Assembly (NCBI GenBank): GCA_963702435.1
Contig: CAVPCR010000004.1
Span: 192,001 to 256,000 of the forward strand
Direction: 5' to 3'
Origin: Candidatus Eiseniibacteriota bacterium
GTDB lineage: Bacteria > Eisenbacteria > RBG-16-71-46 > CAVPCR01
DNA length: 64,000 nucleotides
The notes under the pieces are model-generated. The model was not told the DNA's origin. It did not search any database and was given only the letters and a program-made list of their open reading frames with translations. Both the position numbers and the translations under genes were made by a program. Below, piece after piece: positions 1-10,002 of this stretch (positions are counted from its first letter, which is position 1; every line of letters begins with the position of its first letter).

Positions 1-1867
1 GCGTCACCTCCTCGGCGGGGAAGGCCGGGTTCCGCACCACGTCGGCGAGGATCTCGAGGGCCGGCGCCACGTTGCGCTTGAGCACCTCGAACCCGAGCAC
101 GGCGAGCTCGCGCTGGGCCGATCCGGAGAGCGCCGTGCCGAGATCCCCGAGGGCGTTCTCGATCGCGAGCGCCTGCCGCGTTCGCGTGCCGTACATGATC
201 GTGCTCGCGGTCATGTGCGCGAGGCCGTCCCTGCCGGACGGATCGGCCACGCTACCGGCGCGGGTGGCGAGCGTCACCGCCACCTTGGGCAGCTCGGGCC
301 GCGTGACGACGAAGAGGACAAGGCCGTTGTCGAGCTGCGCCGACTCGACCGCCGGCGCGTTGAACGGGCGATCGACGCCGAGCGGCGGCGCCACCGAGCG
401 ATCGAGCGCCGCGACGACCGGCGGCTCGACGTTCTCCGGGCGGAAGTGGATCAGGAGGCGGTTCCGGTTGTCGAGCCAGCGCGCGACCGCGTCGCGCACG
501 CCGATCGCGGTGACCGCATGATAGCGCTCGATCTCCTCGTCGAAGCGGGCGGGATCGCCGAGATAGGTGTTGTACATGTTGAGGAGATCGGCTTTGCCGC
601 CGAAGCCGCCGATCGACTCGAGGCCGCTCACGAAGCCGTACTCGCGCTTGGCCTTGGCGCGGTCGATTTCCTCCTGGGCGGGCGCCGTCCGGGCCAGGCC
701 GGCCAGCTCCTCGCTCACGATGCGTTCGATCTCGGCGAGCGACTCGCCGGGGCGCGCCGTCGCATCCACGACGAAGAGGCCGGAGATCTCGAGCGTGACG
801 TTGTAGACCGACACCTCGGTGCAGAGCTGCCTGTCATAGACGAGGATCTTGTTGAGGCGGGAGGAGAGCCCGTCGCCGAGGATCGCCGAGGCGATGTCGA
901 GCTCGTGCTGGTCCTTCCCGAAGAACTCGGGCGCGGGCCAGACCATGAAGGTCCGCTCCTGGGGCACGCGGTCCTTGACCTCGACGCTCTTCTCGCCGGA
1001 GAGCACCGGGACCCAGCGGCCGGGGCGGTCGAGGGCGGGACCGGGCGGGATCGAGCCGAAGTACTTCTCGACGAGGATCCTGGCCGCGGCGGGATCGAAA
1101 TCGCCGGCGATCGTGAGCGAGAGGTTGTTGGGCGTGTAGTAGGTGCGGAAGAACTCCTTCACGTCCTCGAGGGTCGCGGCCTCGAGATCCTCGTGGCTCC
1201 CGATCGGCGGGTGATCGTACGGATGACCCGCCGGGTGGACATTCTCGAGCATGAGCGACCAGAAGCGCCCGTACGGCTGGTTCTCGAGGTTCTCGCGCCG
1301 CTCGTTCCGCACCACCTCGCGCTGGTTGTCGAGCTTCGCCTGCGTCATCGCGTCGGCCAGCGTGGCCAGGCGGTCCGATTCGAGCCACAGGAGCCTTTCC
1401 AGGTTCCCGGAAGGCACGGTCGCGAAGTAGTTCGTGCGGTCGTTGCTCGTGGTGCCGTTGACGCCGCCCTCGCGCAGGTTCGCGCCGAGCTCCTCGGCGG
1501 TAGCGAAGTACTCGCCCTTCGCGTTGATCGAACCCTGGAACATGAGGTGCTCGAAGAGGTGCGCGAAGCCGCTCCGGCGCGCGCGCTCGTTCTTCGAGCC
1601 CACGTGGTACCACTGGTTCACGTGGACCATCGGCAGCTTCCGGTCCACGTGCAGGATGACCTGGAGGCCGTTGGGCAGGGTGTACTTCTCGAACACGATC
1701 TCGGGAATGTCTCCGCGGTTATTGGCTGCCATATCCTTCTCGGTCCGGGCGGGCTTGGCGTCGGCGGCCGCTCCCTTCCCCTGCGCGGCCCGGTCCCCGG
1801 CGCCGCCGCCGCAGGCGGCGAGGACGAGGGCGAGAGAGGCGAACAGGAAAAGAGGACGGCGGCTCAT
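1..1867 (-). CDS. M16 (pitrilysin/insulinase) family zinc peptidase, lipoprotein; 3' end runs off the window
   Basis: Manual minus-strand translation: MSRRPLFLFASLALVLAAC (lipobox), then the inverted zinc motif GFAHLFEHLMFQGS near 1535-1570. An alternative in-frame ATG is at 1885. Not in the ORF track because it is truncated. Confidence 0.9.
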   Translation of the reverse strand, partial: MSRRPLFLFASLALVLAACGGGAGDRAAQGKGAAADAKPARTEKDMAANNRGDIPEIVFEKYTLPNGLQVILHVDRKLPMVHVNQWYHVGSKNERARRSGFAHLFEHLMFQGSINAKGEYFATAEELGANLREGGVNGTTSNDRTNYFATVPSGNLERLLWLESDRLATLADAMTQAKLDNQREVVRNERRENLENQPYGRFWSLMLENVHPAGHPYDHPPIGSHEDLEAATLEDVKEFFRTYYTPNNLSLTIAGDFDPAAARILVEKYFGSIPPGPALDRPGRWVPVLSGEKSVEVKDRVPQERTFMVWPAPEFFGKDQHELDIASAILGDGLSSRLNKILVYDRQLCTEVSVYNVTLEISGLFVVDATARPGESLAEIERIVSEELAGLARTAPAQEEIDRAKAKREYGFVSGLESIGGFGGKADLLNMYNTYLGDPARFDEEIERYHAVTAIGVRDAVARWLDNRNRLLIHFRPENVEPPVVAALDRSVAPPLGVDRPFNAPAVESAQLDNGLVLFVVTRPELPKVAVTLATRAGSVADPSGRDGLAHMTASTIMYGTRTRQALAIENALGDLGTALSGSAQRELAVLGFEVLKRNVAPALEILADVVRNPAFPAEEVT

Positions 1868-2173
1868 CGGCTGTCTCCGGTTCATGGTGGTGAAGGGGTT
1901 CCTAGCGCCGGGGGCGGCGGGTCGGCGCGGCTAGAGAGGGAACGAGCGAACCATCGTGAGCCCTGGCCCGGTGGCGTGTCAAATGCGGCGTCCCGCGCGG
2001 CGCTCCCGCCGGGGGGGCCGGCAGGGAGTGCGCGCGCCGAGTCTGCCTGCAGTCCGCCGCCCGCGCCGGCTCCGGGTGTGTTGACGCAGCCGGCGGGTGC
2101 CGGGTTGCGCAAGCGTCGGGGGGACTGGAGGCTCCGCGTCGCCGGCAGGGGGTGTGCTGCCCCGGCCCCGACC

Positions 2174-2203
2174 TTGACCCCCAAGTCGGCTACCTGCTAG
2201 AAT
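2174..2203 (+). promoter_or_regulatory. sigma70-like promoter upstream of the UDP-glucuronate decarboxylase gene
   Basis: TTGACC-N18-TAGAAT with an extended -10 TGn. Confidence 0.55.
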
Positions 2204-2452
2204 TTGCGCTGAGCAATCAGCAATGCCGCAGCGGTGGCGGCCGAGCCCCCGACGGCCCATTCTCACGTCACGGCAGAGTAGTCAGCACTCACCTGGCAGG
2301 GTCCTCTGCCCGGCAGGGCCTTGGTCCCCGCGTTCCTGCCCCCTGCTCTTCAGGTGAAAAGGCAGGCCGGCCGACCTGACCGCGCGCCACGGCCGGGCTC
2401 CGGGGCGAGCCGGCGGCCGACTTTCGGCCCGGAGCGGAGGGAGATTCTCGGC

Positions 2453-3586
2453 ATGCGCATCCTGGTCACCGGCGGCGCCGGATTCATCGGCTCCCACCTC
2501 TGCGAACGCCTGGTCGAGCAGGGCCATGACGTCGTCTGCCTCGACAACTACTTCACCGGGAGCAAGCACAACGTGCAGAGGCTCCTCGGGCACCACCATT
2601 TCGAGCTGATCCGGCACGACGTCATCAACTACATCGACATCGAGTGCGATCAGATCTACAACCTGGCCTGCCCGGCGTCTCCCATCCACTATCAGCACGA
2701 TGCCGTGCGCACGATCCACGCCAACGTGCTCGGCGTGACCAACATGCTCGAGCTCGCCAAGCGCACACGGGCGCGCATCCTGCAGGCGTCGACGTCGGAG
2801 GTCTACGGCGATCCGCAAGTGCATCCGCAGCCGGAGTCCTACTGGGGTCACGTCAATCCAATCGGCCCGCGCTCCTGCTACGACGAGGGCAAGCGGGTAG
2901 CCGAGACCCTCATGATGGACTATCACCGCCAGCATGCGGTCGACATCCGCATTGCCCGCATCTTCAACACCTACGGTCCGCGCATGGCGGTCCACGACGG
3001 GCGGGTGGTGAGCTCGTTCATCGTACAGGCGCTGCAGGGCAAGCCGATCACGGTGTTCGGCGAGGGCAGCCAGACACGGTCCTTCTGCTTCGTGTCGGAC
3101 CTGGTCGAGGCGCTCATCCTGCTCATGAATGCCCAGGGCGTCCATCGCCCGGTGAATCTCGGCAACCCGGAGGAGTTCACCATCCGGCAGCTCGCAGAGA
3201 CCGTGCGGGAGATCACCGGATCGAAATCGTCGATCAACAAGCAACCGTTGCCCCAGGACGATCCGGTGCAGCGGCAGCCCGACATCACGCTCGCGCGGGA
3301 ACTCCTCGGCTGGTGGCCGACAGTGCAGCTGCGCGCCGGGCTCGCGCCGACGATCGCGTACTTCGAACAGCTCGTGGACCGGATGCAGCGGGGGAACGTG
3401 GCGAACCCGCTCGCGGAGCGGCTGAGCAAGAGCATGCCGGAACGGCTGGCGGCGATGGAGATCGAGAACCGCAATGGCGGGGAGCAGGCCCGCGGGGAGC
3501 GAGTCCACGAGGAGCAGTTGGGCGAGGTCGGTGATCGGTGGCAGGTCGGTGATCGGCGGCAGGTCGGCCGGCGCATCGGATCGTAA
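2453..3586 (+). CDS. UDP-glucuronic acid decarboxylase (extended SDR)
   Basis: [48 protein letters not shown]; extra low-complexity C-terminal tail. Confidence 0.92.
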   Translation: MRILVTGGAGFIGSHLCERLVEQGHDVVCLDNYFTGSKHNVQRLLGHHHFELIRHDVINYIDIECDQIYNLACPASPIHYQHDAVRTIHANVLGVTNMLELAKRTRARILQASTSEVYGDPQVHPQPESYWGHVNPIGPRSCYDEGKRVAETLMMDYHRQHAVDIRIARIFNTYGPRMAVHDGRVVSSFIVQALQGKPITVFGEGSQTRSFCFVSDLVEALILLMNAQGVHRPVNLGNPEEFTIRQLAETVREITGSKSSINKQPLPQDDPVQRQPDITLARELLGWWPTVQLRAGLAPTIAYFEQLVDRMQRGNVANPLAERLSKSMPERLAAMEIENRNGGEQARGERVHEEQLGEVGDRWQVGDRRQVGRRIGS

Positions 3587-3711
3587 GGGAATCGCCGAGG
3601 TTCGCTGCGGGCGTCCGGCCGCCGGTCCGCCGGTGGTACGATGGACGCTCTCCCGAGCGTGACGGCGCGCGGGACGGTAAGTCTGCCAGGAGCAGTCGGC
3701 AAGGAGGCAAC

Positions 3712-4551
3712 ATGCTGCGGGTGGGAATCGTGGGGGCGGGGCGCGCGGGACGGGCGCGGATGCGGGCGATCAGCGAGCGCGACGATGTGACGCTCGCCGG
3801 GGTCGCTTCGTCGCAGGCGGACGTGGGCACGCACCGCTTCGAGGATCTGGCCGCCAGTCCGGACCTGGATGCGATCCTCGTCTGCTCGGTGAATGCGGCG
3901 CACGTCGCCCAAGCGAAAGCGGCGCTCGAGGCCGGCAAGCATGTTCTCTGCGAGTACCCGCTCGCGCTGTCGCATGACGATGCCGTGCATCTGTTCGATC
4001 TGGCCCACGATCGCGGCCGCGTGCTGCATGTCGAGCACATCGAGCTCCTGAGCGGTTCGCAGCTTGCGCTGCGCCGGGCGGCGCGCGGGCTCGGCCGGCC
4101 GATCGACGGCCGCTATCACACCGAGGCCAACTCCGAGGGCTGGATCGCCGACATGCGCCTGGCGGGATTCCCTTCCTTCTCCGGCATCTCGCGACTGAGC
4201 CGGCTCGTCGACCTGTTCGGCCCGGCGGGGATCGAGGATGCGGTGTTCGACGAGACGGAGGAAGAGCAGCGGCTCGTCGTCGATCTGCGCTTCGTGCACG
4301 GCGGACGCTGCCGCCTCGACTACCGGCGCGGGCGCGGACTCCCGCGGCGCGAGGACTGGGATGTCCGCTGCGAGCGCGGCGTCCTCGAGACGATGCCGCC
4401 GGTGCCGACCAAGCCGCTGTTCGCCGCGGACCTGGACGTCTTCGTGCGGCGCATCAACGAGGGGGCCGAGAGCTACGTCTCGGACGAGCAGATCCTCGAC
4501 GTGATGAGCCTGGCCGAGGAGATCGAGCGCCGGTGCCGGGGCGGGCGCTGA
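3712..4551 (+). CDS. Gfo/Idh/MocA oxidoreductase, biliverdin reductase A-like
   Basis: GAGRAG Rossmann motif, GKHVLCEYP, HVEHIELL, GFPSFSGISRL; RBS AAGGAGG. Confidence 0.8.
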   Translation: MLRVGIVGAGRAGRARMRAISERDDVTLAGVASSQADVGTHRFEDLAASPDLDAILVCSVNAAHVAQAKAALEAGKHVLCEYPLALSHDDAVHLFDLAHDRGRVLHVEHIELLSGSQLALRRAARGLGRPIDGRYHTEANSEGWIADMRLAGFPSFSGISRLSRLVDLFGPAGIEDAVFDETEEEQRLVVDLRFVHGGRCRLDYRRGRGLPRREDWDVRCERGVLETMPPVPTKPLFAADLDVFVRRINEGAESYVSDEQILDVMSLAEEIERRCRGGR

Positions 4552-4569
4552 CGGCGGCGGTGGACCGCG

Positions 4570-6039
4570 GTGGCTGACCGCCGGTTCTTTCCCGAGATCG
4601 CCGCCGCTGCCGGAATCTACTATCGTCGCCTTGCCCCGCTCGAGACCGCGCCGCGCGAGATCGTGCGCGCCGTGCAGGCGCGACGTCTCGACGATCTACT
4701 GGCCCATGCCTGCCGCGCATCGCGCTTCTATCGCCGACACTGGGGCGTGCAGGCCGGGGCGCCCGCGCCGCGGGCAGCGGATCTCCCGAGGCTGCCCCCG
4801 GTGACGAAGGCGCTCCTCATGGAGCGTTTCGATGACGTGGTCACCGATCCACGGCTCGATCGCGCGGGCGCGCGGGCCGAGCTCGAGCGGCGACTGGCGG
4901 GGGGGCAGGAGTCGGGACCACGCGGCCGCTCGCCGGCCGACCGCTTCGCCGCCTATCGCCTCGTCGTGACGTCGGGCACGACCGGGGAGCCGGCGGTCTT
5001 TCCATACAGCCGCGCCGAATGGGCCGAGGGCATGGCGCTCATCGTGCGGAGCGCCGGCTTCGCGCTCGGCGGGCACGGGCGGGCGGGCGCGCTCGCCCTC
5101 CTCCGCGCCGCGATCGTGCGCCCGCGCGTCGCCGGCATAGCGACCCAGCATCCGATGCATGTGTCGACGCAGCTCACATCGAGCTTCTCGGGCGGCGGCG
5201 CGCGGGGCCTCCGCGGCCTCCGCCTCGCAGCCAATGTCCCGCTGTCCGAGCAGGTGTCCGCGCTCAATGCCTACGCGCCGCGGATCCTCGGCGGCTACCC
5301 GTCGATCCTCGGACTCCTCGCCGCCGAGCAGCTCGCGGGCCGGCTCGCGATCCGGCCGCGCCTAGTCTTCTCCGGCGGGGAGACGGTGACCGCAGGCACG
5401 CGGCGGCGCGTGCGCGAAGCGTGGGGGATCGAGCCGTACGACTTCTATGGCCTCACTGAGACGCTGATCATCGCCGGTGAGTGCCGGGCTCATGCGGGTC
5501 TCCATGTCTATGAAGATGCCGCCGTGATCGAGGTGGTGAAGGAGGACGGCGCGGCGGCGGCGCCCGGGGATCCGGGCGCCGGACTCCTCGTTACCAACCT
5601 CTTCAATCGCACGTTTCCGATCATCCGCTACGCGGTGAGCGATCTCGCGGCGATGACGCGTGAGCCGTGCGCGTGCGGTCTCCCGTTCGCGAGGCTCGTG
5701 CAGCTCACGGGGCGGCGCGAGGAGATCCTCGAACTTGCGGCTCCCGATGGGCGAGCGGTGAGCGTGCACCCGTTCGTCATCGAGACCCCGCTCGAGGAAG
5801 ATCGCGCGGTGCGATCGTTCACGCTGCGGCGGGAGAACGGTGCTCTCCGGATCCGCGTCGAAGCGGCGCCGGACGCGGGTGCGGATGCGGAGGCGACGAC
5901 GATGGCACGCCGGCTAGAAGCTGCCGTGCGCGCTGCGCTCGCTCCATTCGGGTTGGCGGCGGCCGATGTGCGGGTGGAGATCGTGACCGGAACCGTGCCG
6001 GAGCGGACCGCGACCGGGAAGCGACGGCGGGTGACGTGA
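4570..6039 (+). CDS. Phenylacetate-CoA ligase (PaaK)-like adenylate-forming protein
   Basis: TSGTTGEP P-loop, YGLTE, PIIRYAVSDL, CACGLPF. Confidence 0.8.
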   Translation: MADRRFFPEIAAAAGIYYRRLAPLETAPREIVRAVQARRLDDLLAHACRASRFYRRHWGVQAGAPAPRAADLPRLPPVTKALLMERFDDVVTDPRLDRAGARAELERRLAGGQESGPRGRSPADRFAAYRLVVTSGTTGEPAVFPYSRAEWAEGMALIVRSAGFALGGHGRAGALALLRAAIVRPRVAGIATQHPMHVSTQLTSSFSGGGARGLRGLRLAANVPLSEQVSALNAYAPRILGGYPSILGLLAAEQLAGRLAIRPRLVFSGGETVTAGTRRRVREAWGIEPYDFYGLTETLIIAGECRAHAGLHVYEDAAVIEVVKEDGAAAAPGDPGAGLLVTNLFNRTFPIIRYAVSDLAAMTREPCACGLPFARLVQLTGRREEILELAAPDGRAVSVHPFVIETPLEEDRAVRSFTLRRENGALRIRVEAAPDAGADAEATTMARRLEAAVRAALAPFGLAAADVRVEIVTGTVPERTATGKRRRVT

Positions 6040-6045
6040 TCTTGT

Positions 6046-8271
6046 TCATGTCTTCTCCCTGTCCGCGGCCATCGTTGGTGCGCGCCGGCGGAGGGAGCGG
6101 CGCCAGTCGGCGAGGGCGGTGCGGGCGGTGTGGTCGGAGACACGGCGCTCGCCGATGTAGGCGGCGAAGGCGCGGCCGGTAGCGGGATGGATGCCGAGAC
6201 GCGCGATCAAGTGATCGGGGGCGAGCCCGCCGAGCTCGACGGTGCCCTGGTGGATGGCGGGGCGATGGTGGCCGGCGCAGACGGTGGTGCGGTTGGCGGG
6301 GTGGTCGGAGCCGCCGCGGCTCCTGAAGTGGAGGTGGTGATCCTCGAGGTGGGCGTGGCCGGTGCAGCCGGGGCTGGTGCAGAGGAAGCCGTCGCGGCAG
6401 AGGACGGGATGGGCGCGCTGGTGATGAGCGCGGGTCTCGGCGCTGCTGTGGGTGTCGAGGAAGTGGCAGAGGAGGAGCTCGAGGTAGACCCAGGTGGGGC
6501 GGAGCGGATCAGCCTGGCTCAGCCGGCAGCGCAGGAGCGCGGAGTGGGCGAGGTCGAGGACGTCGTGGGGGAGGAAGAAGCGGATGGTGGCGAGGCAGCG
6601 CTCCTGGGGGAGGAGGGCGAGGTCGGCAGGGAAGCCGGCGATCGCGGGAAGGCCGCGCGGGGTGGTGGGCGGGAGCGGGTAGCCGAGGGGGACGTCGGGG
6701 GGGACGGTGGTGTCGCCGGCCGCCGCGGTCGCGTCAAACGCTGTCGGGTCATGTGAAGTGGTGGAGCCGGTCCGGCGCCGGCCGCCGCGGTCGCCGCGCC
6801 CGCCCCGGCCGCCCTCGGCCGCCGCGGTCGCGTCAAACGCTGTCGGGTCATGTGAAATCTTGGTGCTGTTCGCCCCGGGGTCCTCCCTCCTTTGCGCAAA
6901 GCCCATGGCGATGAGACCGTCGGCCCACGAGGCGAGCACGCTCTCGTCGGCGCCGGGCAACGCGAACAGCCGCGCGAACTCGGTCACCCGCTCGATCTCG
7001 CGATAGGTGAGGCGGGCCGCCCAGTTCACCCACAGCTCCTCGGTGGTCTCGTGCAACAGAGGTAACAAGAGCAAAGCCGCGGTGTACGAGAGCTCGCCGG
7101 CGCGATGCGCGGCGCGCACCTCGGGGAAGCGCTCGAGGCCGTGGTGGAAGCGGACGAGCCGCTCGGCCTGGCGGAGGCCGAAGCCCAACCGCTCCTCGCA
7201 GTAGGTCGTGAAGTCGGCGAAGCCGAGCTGGGCCCACAGGAGCGCGCCGTGGAGCCGGGCGAGGCGGCGGGCGATCTCGGTCCGCAGGCGGCTCTGGTAG
7301 CGCGCGATGCGGACGAGGGTCTCCCCGAGCACCCAGGGATCGGCGGCGGGATCGATCACGCAGTCGGGCGGCAGCACGTCGGCGGGCACGGTCCACTGGA
7401 CGCGCGGGAAGCGGGCGGCCGGCGGCGCCTCCTCTTCCGGCACCGTGGGCCGCTCGCGCCGCGGCTTCTTGTGCGCCTGCGCGTTCATCGCGGCCATCAG
7501 GTCGGCGATGAGGCGCTGGCGCGCGGCGTCGGCGATCGCGGCCCCGAGCAGGTCGGGCTCCGGATCCGGTCGGTCACCGCCGGTGGCGGCGAGGTACTCG
7601 GCGAAGATGAGCTCGGCGGCCTGGCCCTGCCGCAGGTGCTCGCCCGCGGTGGCGCGGGCCACGGCGACCGTCTCCTGCCAGAGGACGCCGATGCGCGCGG
7701 GCGCGGGGATCATCATCCAGCCGCCATCGGGCGCCGGGTCCATGCCCTCGGCCGCCGCCTCTTCCGTGACTTCTTCCTTCTCCCCGCGCTCCGCCCTCGC
7801 CGTGCGCACGCGCCGCTCAAGCGCGCGGAAGGTGAGCCCCGTCGCCGCCGCGATCCAGCGCGCGCCCTCCTCAGCTGAAGTCTCCGCCGTCACCACCGCC
7901 GCCAGCTCGAGCACATGCGATGCGCTCAACCGCCCCCCGACGAACGCTTGATCGAGCACCGGGGTCGCCTCCAGCACCCGCCCGAGCCGCGCCAGTCGCC
8001 GCGCCGTCCCTTCCTCGATCCCCAGATGCTCGCGCACGAAGTCGATCGCCCGCACGTAGCCGAGCGGCCGATAGCGCTCCCCGTCCCACAAAGCGGCGAG
8101 ACCGCGCGCGAGCTCCCGCTCCGCACGCGCCTCGGCATGCACGAGCGCCCACAGCTCGCGATCGAGCGCGCGCGCTGCCCACAGCGCCGGCGCGGGCGAG
8201 AGCACCTCCCGCTGCGGGTCGCCCGCGAACTCCCCCGGCTCCCATCGCCGTTCGACCGGTCGCACGGACAC
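6046..8271 (-). CDS. Large HNH endonuclease protein (long helical N-terminus, DUF222-like layout)
   Basis: C-terminal CTSPGC...LEDHHLHFRSRGGSDHPANRTTVCAGHH HNH signature; GTG start at 8271 chosen by RBS (ORF track starts at 8379). Confidence 0.75.
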   Translation of the reverse strand: MSVRPVERRWEPGEFAGDPQREVLSPAPALWAARALDRELWALVHAEARAERELARGLAALWDGERYRPLGYVRAIDFVREHLGIEEGTARRLARLGRVLEATPVLDQAFVGGRLSASHVLELAAVVTAETSAEEGARWIAAATGLTFRALERRVRTARAERGEKEEVTEEAAAEGMDPAPDGGWMMIPAPARIGVLWQETVAVARATAGEHLRQGQAAELIFAEYLAATGGDRPDPEPDLLGAAIADAARQRLIADLMAAMNAQAHKKPRRERPTVPEEEAPPAARFPRVQWTVPADVLPPDCVIDPAADPWVLGETLVRIARYQSRLRTEIARRLARLHGALLWAQLGFADFTTYCEERLGFGLRQAERLVRFHHGLERFPEVRAAHRAGELSYTAALLLLPLLHETTEELWVNWAARLTYREIERVTEFARLFALPGADESVLASWADGLIAMGFAQRREDPGANSTKISHDPTAFDATAAAEGGRGGRGDRGGRRRTGSTTSHDPTAFDATAAAGDTTVPPDVPLGYPLPPTTPRGLPAIAGFPADLALLPQERCLATIRFFLPHDVLDLAHSALLRCRLSQADPLRPTWVYLELLLCHFLDTHSSAETRAHHQRAHPVLCRDGFLCTSPGCTGHAHLEDHHLHFRSRGGSDHPANRTTVCAGHHRPAIHQGTVELGGLAPDHLIARLGIHPATGRAFAAYIGERRVSDHTARTALADWRRSLRRRAPTMAADREKT
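6717..6856. repeat. Two identical 41-bp direct repeats inside the HNH gene
   Basis: cggccgccgcggtcgcgtcaaacgctgtcgggtcatgtgaa at 6717-6757 and 6816-6856 (period 99 bp; encodes SHDPTAFDATAAA twice). Confidence 0.9.
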
Positions 8272-8533
8272 GGCACCGCCCTTCCCGGCCGCGAACGCCC
8301 GCTCCCGCACGAAGCGGCAGCGCTCGCGGCACCCACGCGTCGCCCGGACCCGAGACGGGGCCAGGGCGCGCAAAAGCACGATGTCGGGGTCGATCGGGGC
8401 GGCGGGCGCGGGGTCGGAAGGGGCGCGCCGCCCGGGTTCACTTGAGCTTCGGCCTATCGGTCCAGAGGAGGAGGGGGCCGCCGCGGGAAGGTGGGCGAGG
8501 CGAGGGCGCGGCCCGAAGCTCCTCTATGGCTTG

Positions 8534-8573
8534 AACCTAGCGGGGCGGCCCGCACCTGTCAATACAAAAGTAT
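8534..8573 (-). promoter_or_regulatory. sigma70 promoter for the HNH gene with adjacent palindromic operator-like site
   Basis: Minus strand TTGACA(8562-8557)-N17-TAGGTT(8539-8534); palindrome ATAC-AAAA-GTAT at 8562-8573. Confidence 0.65.
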
Positions 8574-8620
8574 AGCCCAGGCCAACTTTTTTTCCCCGCG
8601 CCCGTCCCAGCCCCGTCCGC

Positions 8621-9106
8621 CTAGCCCTCGGCAAAGAAGCGCGTCACCTCCAGCGTGCCAAGGGCAGCGAGGGCAGCTCCCGCGCCGAGGCTCATCCAGG
8701 TCGCGGGCGCGAGGTGCGGGAGCGAACGCGTGAAGAAGTCGAGGAGTGCGGAGCCGCCGGCGAGCGGACCGAGGAGCGCAACGCCGACGATCGTGGCGGC
8801 GATGGCCCCGGCCGGGGCGAAACGCACGAGGAGTTGCGCGGGCCAGGCTGGCGCGCGCGTCACCGCGGGCCGCCGCCGTTCTGCGGCGCGGATGCGCGCG
8901 ATCACACGCGGCGCGAAGTCGGCGCTCGGAGGCGGAGCTGGATCCGCGGCGAGAGCGATATCGAGCGCGGCAGCAAGCGCTGCCTCGGCGCGACAGCGGG
9001 CACAGGTCGCCGCATGTGTATCCAGAGCTTGCCGCTCGGCCGGGGCAATGGCGCCCGATCGAGCACGGACCACGGCCTCGATGGCGGTTCGGCAGTCCAT
9101 GGTCAT
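8621..9106 (-). CDS. zf-HC2 anti-sigma factor, membrane-anchored
   Basis: HxxxCxxC (HAATCARC), two C-terminal hydrophobic segments, 4-bp overlap with the sigma gene. Confidence 0.8.
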   Translation of the reverse strand: MTMDCRTAIEAVVRARSGAIAPAERQALDTHAATCARCRAEAALAAALDIALAADPAPPPSADFAPRVIARIRAAERRRPAVTRAPAWPAQLLVRFAPAGAIAATIVGVALLGPLAGGSALLDFFTRSLPHLAPATWMSLGAGAALAALGTLEVTRFFAEG

Positions 9107-9846
9107 CCTCTCCTCATGGCGGCAACCGGCCGACCGGGGGCGTGTGTGACCGGCACCAGTCGCGGGGCCGGCGTGACGGCGACGAGTCCCGCGCCTGTCG
9201 CCGGTTCTGTTCCCCGAGTCGTGAGGGTGCCATCCGCGACGACGAGATCGCGCAGCCGAAGTCGCGCGCGATGGAGCCAGGTCTTCACCGTGCCCATCGG
9301 CACGTCGAGAACGGCGGCGATCTCCTCGTACTGCATCTCGTCGACATAGAAGAGCGTCAACACCTGGCGATACGGGAGCGGCAGCGCAGCCACGAGCTCG
9401 GCGACGCGCGCCGACACGTCCTTCCGGGCGATGTCCTCGGCAAAGTCCGGGGGCGAGTCAGACAGCAAGGGGTGCATGGTCTCCTCGTCGTCCGCGGTGA
9501 GCGGCACCGTTTCGATGCGCCGCCCCCGCCGGCGCAGCTCCGAGCAGCATCGATTCCGCGCGATGCGATAGAGCCATGTGCGAAAGCTCGAGTCGCCGCG
9601 GAACCCGGGCAGTGCCTGATGCGCCCGGATGAAGACATCCTGCGCCAGATCCTCGCCCCCCGCGGGGCCCGTCATGCGCGCGACGAAGCGGCAGATGCCT
9701 TGCTGGTGGCGTTCCACCAGCAGGGCGAAGGCCTCATGGTCGCCTGCGGTCCGGCAGCGAGCGACGAGATCCTCGTCGGCAAGCTCGATCAGGAGGCGAC
9801 TTCTGGCCATGGCAGCGGGCTTCTTGTCGGGCATCGGTCCAAGCAT
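9103..9846 (-). CDS. ECF RNA polymerase sigma-70 factor
   Basis: EDLAQDVFIRA, SSFRTWLYRIARN, YEEIAAVLDVPMGTVKTWLHRAR. Confidence 0.92.
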   Translation of the reverse strand: MLGPMPDKKPAAMARSRLLIELADEDLVARCRTAGDHEAFALLVERHQQGICRFVARMTGPAGGEDLAQDVFIRAHQALPGFRGDSSFRTWLYRIARNRCCSELRRRGRRIETVPLTADDEETMHPLLSDSPPDFAEDIARKDVSARVAELVAALPLPYRQVLTLFYVDEMQYEEIAAVLDVPMGTVKTWLHRARLRLRDLVVADGTLTTRGTEPATGAGLVAVTPAPRLVPVTHAPGRPVAAMRRG

Positions 9847-9882
9847 AGGTCATTCCCTGCCGGACCAGGGTCCCGGAACGTA

Positions 9883-9947
9883 TTGACGCCGGCGGGCGCG
9901 AATTGTTTCACGGCCCCCGGTGAAACAAGCGAGGCGCCTGCGGAGTC
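9883..9947. promoter_or_regulatory. Back-to-back divergent ECF-type promoters
   Basis: Minus: TGAAAC(9910-9905)-N16-CGTCAA. Plus: TGAAAC(9921-9926)-N17-AGTC. Confidence 0.6.
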
Positions 9948-10002
9948 AGGACGGTCGGAGGCGATGCCCCCATGGTCTCCGCTGTGAAGGAGGGAGAGAG
10001 AT

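Noticed and set aside
215..2200. Long plus-strand ORF, and many similar long overlapping ORFs in the track (e.g. 39134-41992, 12493-14466, 23645-26134)
   Set aside because: Shadow frames of real genes in high-GC DNA; no motifs.
3525..3567. 18-bp tandem repeat in the decarboxylase tail; also 24-bp (about 28275-28322) and 18-bp (about 37703-37742) duplications
   Set aside because: In-frame slippage duplications in low-complexity linkers; no sign of function.
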